This document shows, piece by piece, positions 59,535 through 64,000 of a stretch of DNA of 64,000 nucleotides. How positions within the stretch are numbered: position 1 is the stretch's first letter; every line of letters begins with the position of its first letter. The translations under genes were made by a program, and so were the position numbers. Source of the DNA: Chthoniobacteraceae bacterium (GTDB lineage Bacteria > Verrucomicrobiota > Verrucomicrobiia > Chthoniobacterales > Chthoniobacteraceae); contig JANNXQ010000066.1 in assembly GCA_031409655.1 (NCBI GenBank), positions 1 to 64,000 of the forward strand. Reading direction: 5' to 3'. The notes beneath the pieces were generated by a model. The model made no database searches. It saw only the letters and a list, made by a program, of their open reading frames with translations, and had not been told where the DNA came from.

Positions 59535-60239
59535 TCATTTGCGCCTCCTTGAAACAAGTGGCGCTCCCCCGACAAAATTATTGGCTGCGGACTCCTCCAG
59601 CATCCACCGACTCATGTCCGCATACGATACAGGCAACCAGGAGTTTAGTGAGCCCGGCCAGTCGGCGGAAGCGACGGGACGCTCGGTGCTACCTCGGGAG
59701 TTGACTGCGGCTCGAACGAGCGTCCAGCGAAGCGACGCAAAAACGCCCTCGCCGAGGGCATCGACGACGGCTTGCTGTTCGGTAGCTCCACGACCCATGT
59801 TGCCTGGCATCCACGAGAAGAAGCGCATAAGCCGGTTCGCCGGCTCTCCTGGTAATGAGGTAAGCAATGTGTTGATGATGACGATGCGGTCAACGTATGC
59901 GGCGGTCATGGACTTCTCCACTGAGGGCATGTTCGCAGAAAGTAGTGCGCCTGGATCAGACGTTGTCGCCGTCACCCCGAGGGCTGTGAGCACCGTATCC
60001 GTGCCGGAAAATGCCTCTGTAAGCGTAGCCACATCGGTGAGAGTCTCGACAACGACAACACGAGAGCCGCCCGGCACGTTGGTGATGCGTTCAGGCCGTG
60101 AACGGACGATGGCGGTGAAAGTGATCCCCTCTGAGCGGCAGACGCTGAGAATACTTTGTCCAAGACCACCTGCCGCTCCAATGACGGCCACATGACGAGG
60201 TAGTGGCCTAGATTGGCTAATTGTGGCTGGTGTCGTCAT
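59535..60239 (-). CDS. NAD(P)-binding Rossmann protein (atypical SDR), cassette-like
   Basis: VAVIGAAGGLG, A.VRS.P, WTLVR; starts 25 nt after the attC. Confidence 0.8.
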   Translation of the reverse strand: MTTPATISQSRPLPRHVAVIGAAGGLGQSILSVCRSEGITFTAIVRSRPERITNVPGGSRVVVVETLTDVATLTEAFSGTDTVLTALGVTATTSDPGALLSANMPSVEKSMTAAYVDRIVIINTLLTSLPGEPANRLMRFFSWMPGNMGRGATEQQAVVDALGEGVFASLRWTLVRAAVNSRGSTERPVASADWPGSLNSWLPVSYADMSRWMLEESAANNFVGGAPLVSRRRK

Positions 60240-60264
60240 GGTTGAGAATGCGTTATTATTCTTG

Positions 60265-60328
60265 GCCTAACGTTCAAATTGAGGGGTGCGCCGCTTTTGG
60301 CGCGTCCCGCTCGAATGCAGTGTTAGAC
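60265..60328 (-). mobile_element. Integron attC recombination site
   Basis: Minus strand GTCTAAC...GAGCGGGACGCGCCAAAAGCGGCGCACCCCTC...GTTAGGC, 64-bp imperfect palindrome. Confidence 0.85.
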
Positions 60329-60966
60329 CAGGCTGCCGCGTGTTTGTTGTCGAAACCTTTCGTGATCAGCCAGACACCGAAAGTAATTTCAAAAAGCCCT
60401 CCCGGAATCGACAGTATGATGCCATACGGCAGACCTGCAATTTCGAGCACCGCACCCGCGAAAAAGACTGCGTAGCCGACAAAACCCCACGCCGCAAGAA
60501 AGCGCGGCACGATGCGACATCGGTAGAGCAGGGCGCAGAATAAGAGGCTGCCGAAGCCGAGCACAGCCATGCCGGTCTGGTAGGCGAAAAAGTTGCCTCG
60601 GCTAGCGGTCATAATCGCTGTCTGAGTCACTGGACTCTCTGCGGTAACAAGCAATAGCAGGCTCTTAACTCCGACAGCGAGTGCAATTGCCTCGATTGCG
60701 CGTGCAGCCAGATATGACCATGCTACCGCTCGATTGAAACGAACGAGCATCGGCAAAAGTAACAGGCCGATGCTGGCGACAATTGCCGAGTTCACGAGCA
60801 TCAGCGCAGCACCTGCGATGAATTGTGCCCTCTTGAGGGCAAGTTCAACGGTCGGATTCGTTGCTTCGATGATTCCAGTTACCATGCCCGTTCCAATCCC
60901 GTAGGCGAGAAATGCTGAAAGAAACAAGACTCCTGCTATGCGCAATTTCGCTCTGTCGGATTTCAT
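60274..60966 (-). CDS. DUF4386-family membrane protein (gene cassette)
   Basis: RIAGVLFL, Y..AR..EA, VPRFL..WG..GY, PGGLFE..FG.WLI.KGF. Confidence 0.82.
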   Translation of the reverse strand: MKSDRAKLRIAGVLFLSAFLAYGIGTGMVTGIIEATNPTVELALKRAQFIAGAALMLVNSAIVASIGLLLLPMLVRFNRAVAWSYLAARAIEAIALAVGVKSLLLLVTAESPVTQTAIMTASRGNFFAYQTGMAVLGFGSLLFCALLYRCRIVPRFLAAWGFVGYAVFFAGAVLEIAGLPYGIILSIPGGLFEITFGVWLITKGFDNKHAAAWSNTAFERDAPKAAHPSI

Positions 60967-61105
60967 ACTGGTGAATTCCTTTCGGTTTCGACGAGCCCAA
61001 GCTCAGCGACGGGCGAGGCTGGCGCGGCCGCTGCGTGGTGGGGGATGAAGTGCTGCACCCAGGCGGGGGAAGTTTGAAGGATGAATGATAAAGGAAGAAA
61101 GGCGG

Positions 61106-61462
61106 TCAGGCTGTGTTGCGCGCTTTCTTGATGATCGTGACGAAGATGGCGGTCAGTTCGTCGCACTCGGCACGAAGGGGTTGCAGCTTTGCCGCTGGCA
61201 CGATTTCTCCATCGACGAGGAGTTCCAGCCAATACGCGGATTCTTCGAGCTCCCGTAGCGAGTCGCCGCACTTCGCGATGAACTCGGCTTTGCTCCGCCC
61301 GCGATGGGCCTCCCGATAATTCGCCCCGACCGATGTTCCCGAGCGGAGCAGTTGTTTGCCCAGCACCTGAGCCTCCGTCGATTTCGGCAGGCTTCCGAAC
61401 AGGCGAATGATTCGCAGCGCAAACTGCTTGGTGCGGTCCTTGAGGTCGTTTTCTTCCCTCAT
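61106..61462 (-). CDS. Four-helix-bundle protein (23S rRNA IVP / TIGR02436-like) in a heptamer-flanked cassette
   Basis: RTKQFA, QLLRSGTSVGANYREA..GRS..EF, E.EES.YWLELL. Confidence 0.92.
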   Translation of the reverse strand: MREENDLKDRTKQFALRIIRLFGSLPKSTEAQVLGKQLLRSGTSVGANYREAHRGRSKAEFIAKCGDSLRELEESAYWLELLVDGEIVPAAKLQPLRAECDELTAIFVTIIKKARNTA

Positions 61463-61558
61463 AATTCTGATTTTCCTCCTCCTTCTGCATTCTCACTTCT
61501 GCCTTTCCGCGGGACCAGCGAGCCTCGGCGGGCACCCAGAAGACGTTCTCGGCTTTGT

Positions 61559-61690
61559 ATTGCTCAGCGCCTCCGCGCTGCCCCTTCGGGCTGCCTGCAG
61601 CAGGCTGTTTGCCGTGCGCTTCCGCGCCCGCCCTTGCAGGCTGCACTTCGTGCAGGCTATCTCGTTCCACTCGGTTCGCTCCGCTCGGCT
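61559..61690 (-). mobile_element. Structured mini-element with a nested second copy (61608-61676), in-frame in hsdM
   Basis: AGCCGAG..[AACCGAG..GAGATAG..CAAA]..CAG..CAAT; removal restores DPDEYK. Confidence 0.72.
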
Positions 61691-61808
61691 CGTCGGGGTC
61701 TTCGGCATTGGCCCCGGCGTATTCGCCCTGGCCGGCGAGGAGCTTGGCGCGGTGCTCCTCGACGGTGTCGGAGATATACTTGAGGAAGATGAGGACGAGG
61801 ACGACGTG

Positions 61809-61874
61809 GTTGATAGGCGCCGCCGCACCCACCCTTCGGGTCGCCTTCGGCGATCTGTCTCGCTCCGCTCGGCT
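61809..61874 (-). mobile_element. Structured mini-element, in-frame in hsdM
   Basis: AGCCGAG..GAGACAG..CAAC between AAEY and HVVL. Confidence 0.75.
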
Positions 61875-61904
61875 GTATTCCGCCGCGTCCATGTTGTTGC
61901 TCCG

Positions 61905-61937
61905 GTTGCCTTCGGCTGTCTCCGCTTCGCTCCGGCT
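61905..61937 (-). mobile_element. Minimal 33-bp structured mini-element, in-frame in hsdM
   Basis: AGCCGGAGCGAAGCGGAGACAGCCGAAGGCAAC after LWLTAD. Confidence 0.7.
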
Positions 61938-62192
61938 GTCGGCGGTGAGCCAGAGCTTGGCCTCGAAGCCGATGGTGGCGGTGGAAGAACTGCTGCCGTT
62001 TTCTTTTTTAATGCGGGCCATGGAATCGGCACGATGAAGAGCACTGGGGGAAACAGCACGCCAGAACCTTGGGCGCATCTGGCGTGGTTTTGATGCAGGC
62101 ACAGGTGCCGGTCGCGGTGCGATCAACCGCCACCACCGTCTGCGAATCGCCGTTCGCTCCCGCGGAGGGTGAAGGCTAAACGCGGGCGCGCA

Positions 62193-63278
62193 TCACGCGG
62201 AGGGCGGGAAGACCCAGAGGGCGGGGCGGCCGGCGTTGCAATGCACGGCGCGGCCGAGCAGCGTGAAGGTGGCCCACGAGTAGTAGAGATTGCTGCGGGC
62301 GAGATTGCCGGGGACGAAGCCAGGGAACGGATGACCGAGCTGGCGCAGGCGCATTTCGGCGGACGGGACGGGGTAGAAGATGGTCTGCACGGCGGCATTG
62401 GGGCTGCCGTCCTCGCCGACCAGATCGGGGAAGCGCGTGATCCAGGCGCGAGGGTCGAGCCCGGAATCGGCGGCGGCACGGTCGGCGGCGAACACGGCTT
62501 TGCGGCTCAAGGCGGGCAGCACGAGCAGGCCGGCGAATGCCCAGAGGGTCATCCAGCACGCGTGGCCGAGCAGCGCCACGGCAGGCGTGCGGTCGGCAAG
62601 ATGGAAGGCTTGCGTGCCGGTGAAAGTGCCGAACAGATTCCAGCACAGGATCAGCACGAAGGCACGGGCCGGCAAGGCGTGGGCGATCTGCCATCGGCGA
62701 CGGCTGCATTCCGCAGCGAGTTCTGACTTTGGCAAAATATCCATCCAACTCGCGGGCAGCAGACTTTTCGCGCGACGTCCGAGCCCGACGATCCCGCCGG
62801 TGAAGGCCGGGTCGTTGACGGCTGCGGTGAGAACATTTTCCCCATCGTGCGCGTGTGACGTGGTCGCGACGCCGCCGATGACGCGCAGGAGATGCAGCCG
62901 TCCGAGCGCCAGCGCCGTCGTGGCGAGCACGATGCCGGCGCTGAATCCGCCGGTGAGCCGGAGACTGATCGCACTCACGATTCCCACGCCGGCCAGCACG
63001 AGCGTGTGACCGAGCGCGCCGCGCGACCAGCCGCGCAGGAAAGTCATCACGGACGGGCGCGGCCCGGGCATCAGCGTCACGCCGCCGATGAAATCAAAGA
63101 CCGCCTGCGTCGCAATCACCCCGGCGCCAATCGCGAGAAGCAGCGGTGTGCCGGGCGCGTCTGCGCGGCAAGTCACCAGCCAGTAAAGCCCGGCGCACGC
63201 GGCCAGCACCCAAGTGCCGACATTCGTAATGCCGAGCGCCAAGCGGCGGCGGGCGAGTTGCGTTTGCGCGGGTGTCAT
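62193..63278 (-). CDS. Hypothetical membrane protein
   Basis: Long multi-TM ORF; ends LLGRAVHCNAGRP.LW..PP. Confidence 0.7.
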   Translation of the reverse strand: MTPAQTQLARRRLALGITNVGTWVLAACAGLYWLVTCRADAPGTPLLLAIGAGVIATQAVFDFIGGVTLMPGPRPSVMTFLRGWSRGALGHTLVLAGVGIVSAISLRLTGGFSAGIVLATTALALGRLHLLRVIGGVATTSHAHDGENVLTAAVNDPAFTGGIVGLGRRAKSLLPASWMDILPKSELAAECSRRRWQIAHALPARAFVLILCWNLFGTFTGTQAFHLADRTPAVALLGHACWMTLWAFAGLLVLPALSRKAVFAADRAAADSGLDPRAWITRFPDLVGEDGSPNAAVQTIFYPVPSAEMRLRQLGHPFPGFVPGNLARSNLYYSWATFTLLGRAVHCNAGRPALWVFPPSA

Positions 63279-63405
63279 CGGCTTGCTCTACGTCGCGCAT
63301 CGGCGAGCGGTCGCCTTTGGGGGAAGTTGGTTGCCAGTTGACCAGTGAATCCGGCTTTTGCGCGTCCGCGGCGGGGCCATCATCCGTTACCAGCTCATCG
63401 CCACC

Positions 63406-63813
63406 ATGACCCCGACCCCTTCTGCACCGCGCTGGATGCGCAATGTTCTCCTCGCTGCGGGCGCTTACAATGTGCTCTGGGGCGCGTTCGCCGTGCTCTT
63501 TCCAAATGCGATCTTTCGCTGGCTCGACATGCCGCTGCCGAACTACCCGCAGTTCTGGCAGTGCATCGGCATGATCGTCGGCGTTTACGGCCTCGGCTAT
63601 GCGATTGCTGCGTTCGATCCCGCGCGGCATTGGCCCATCGTGCTCGTCGGTTTTTTGGGGAAAGTGTTTGGTCCGCTCGGGATGGTGGAGGCGCTGTGGA
63701 CCGGCGCGCTGCCGTGGGGCTTCGCGCTGAATTGCGTGACCAATGATCTTATCTGGTGGGTGCCTTTCGCGCTCGTCTTGAAACACGCGTGGGTCCGCAA
63801 TACCGCGGCATGA
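63406..63813 (+). CDS. Conserved membrane protein (peroxiredoxin-associated type)
   Basis: AAG.YN..WG, WQCIGM.VGVYG.GY, HWPIVLVG.LGK..GP.G, TNDLIWW.PF. Confidence 0.75.
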   Translation: MTPTPSAPRWMRNVLLAAGAYNVLWGAFAVLFPNAIFRWLDMPLPNYPQFWQCIGMIVGVYGLGYAIAAFDPARHWPIVLVGFLGKVFGPLGMVEALWTGALPWGFALNCVTNDLIWWVPFALVLKHAWVRNTAA

Positions 63814-64000
63814 CGGCCCTCCTCACTGCTCACGCCGCCGCGACCTGGGCGCTCGTCGGTCTCATCTGGACGGTGCAGATCGTCCACTACCCACTCTTCG
63901 CGCAAGTCGGCGCGGACGCCTTTCGCAGCTACCACGCGCGCCACACGCGGCGGATCACCTGGATCGTCGCGCCGCTCATGGCCACCGAACTTCTCACGGC
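63810..64000 (+). CDS. Conserved hypothetical membrane protein (truncated by the window edge)
   Basis: GLIWTVQIVHYPLF..VG...F..YH..H..RI..IV.PLM..E. Confidence 0.72.
   Translation, partial: MTALLTAHAAATWALVGLIWTVQIVHYPLFAQVGADAFRSYHARHTRRITWIVAPLMATELLT

Larger units (their letters stand above)
61041..62021 (-). pseudogene. hsdM: Type I RM methyltransferase HsdM remnant
   Basis: GFEAKLW..AD, NMDAAEY.HVVL.LIFLKYISD, ED.DEY.AENVFWVP.EARW, then AWVQHFI. Confidence 0.9.

Noticed and set aside
61106..61462. Diversity-generating retroelement suggested by the Avd-like protein and GNA hairpins
   Set aside because: No reverse transcriptase and no template/variable repeat pair with adenine-specific mismatches seen in the window.
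60963..62126. 387-aa ORF as an intact novel protein
   Set aside because: It is a mosaic of the hsdM remnant, in-frame inserts, an off-frame read through the four-helix-bundle cassette and attC sequence.

Overview
High-GC bacterial DNA. Gene content (PEP-CTERM protein, TIGR04073-type protein, DUF5069, O-antigen-ligase/TPR proteins) suggests Verrucomicrobiota; this taxonomy is an inference. Positions 1-24.5 kb hold a complete IS5-family element inserted exactly at a start codon, then housekeeping, envelope and metal-uptake genes. Positions 24.7-54.6 kb and 62-64 kb form a large light/photo-oxidative-stress region: fasciclins, an Fe-S (6-4)-type photolyase, a domain-swapped photolyase, a radical-SAM/DUF4130 repair operon, an ECF sigma factor facing a fused anti-sigma/PAS (LOV-like, Cys-less) protein, and a proteorhodopsin-crtEIBY-blh operon. 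A decayed prophage-tail patch interrupts it (tape-measure fragment, tRNA-fMet-like gene) and carries a sigma54 redox cluster. Positions 54.9-62.0 kb are a wrecked type I restriction-modification locus with integron-cassette cargo. The hsdR and hsdM remnants contain seven copies of a short structured insertion element (AGCCGAG..GAGACAG..CAAN, built from C-GNA-G hairpins): all in-frame in hsdM and all frameshifting in hsdR. They also contain heptamer-repeat cassettes, with or without a four-helix-bundle gene, that replace coding sequence. All family assignments come from motif recognition by eye; no database searches were run.
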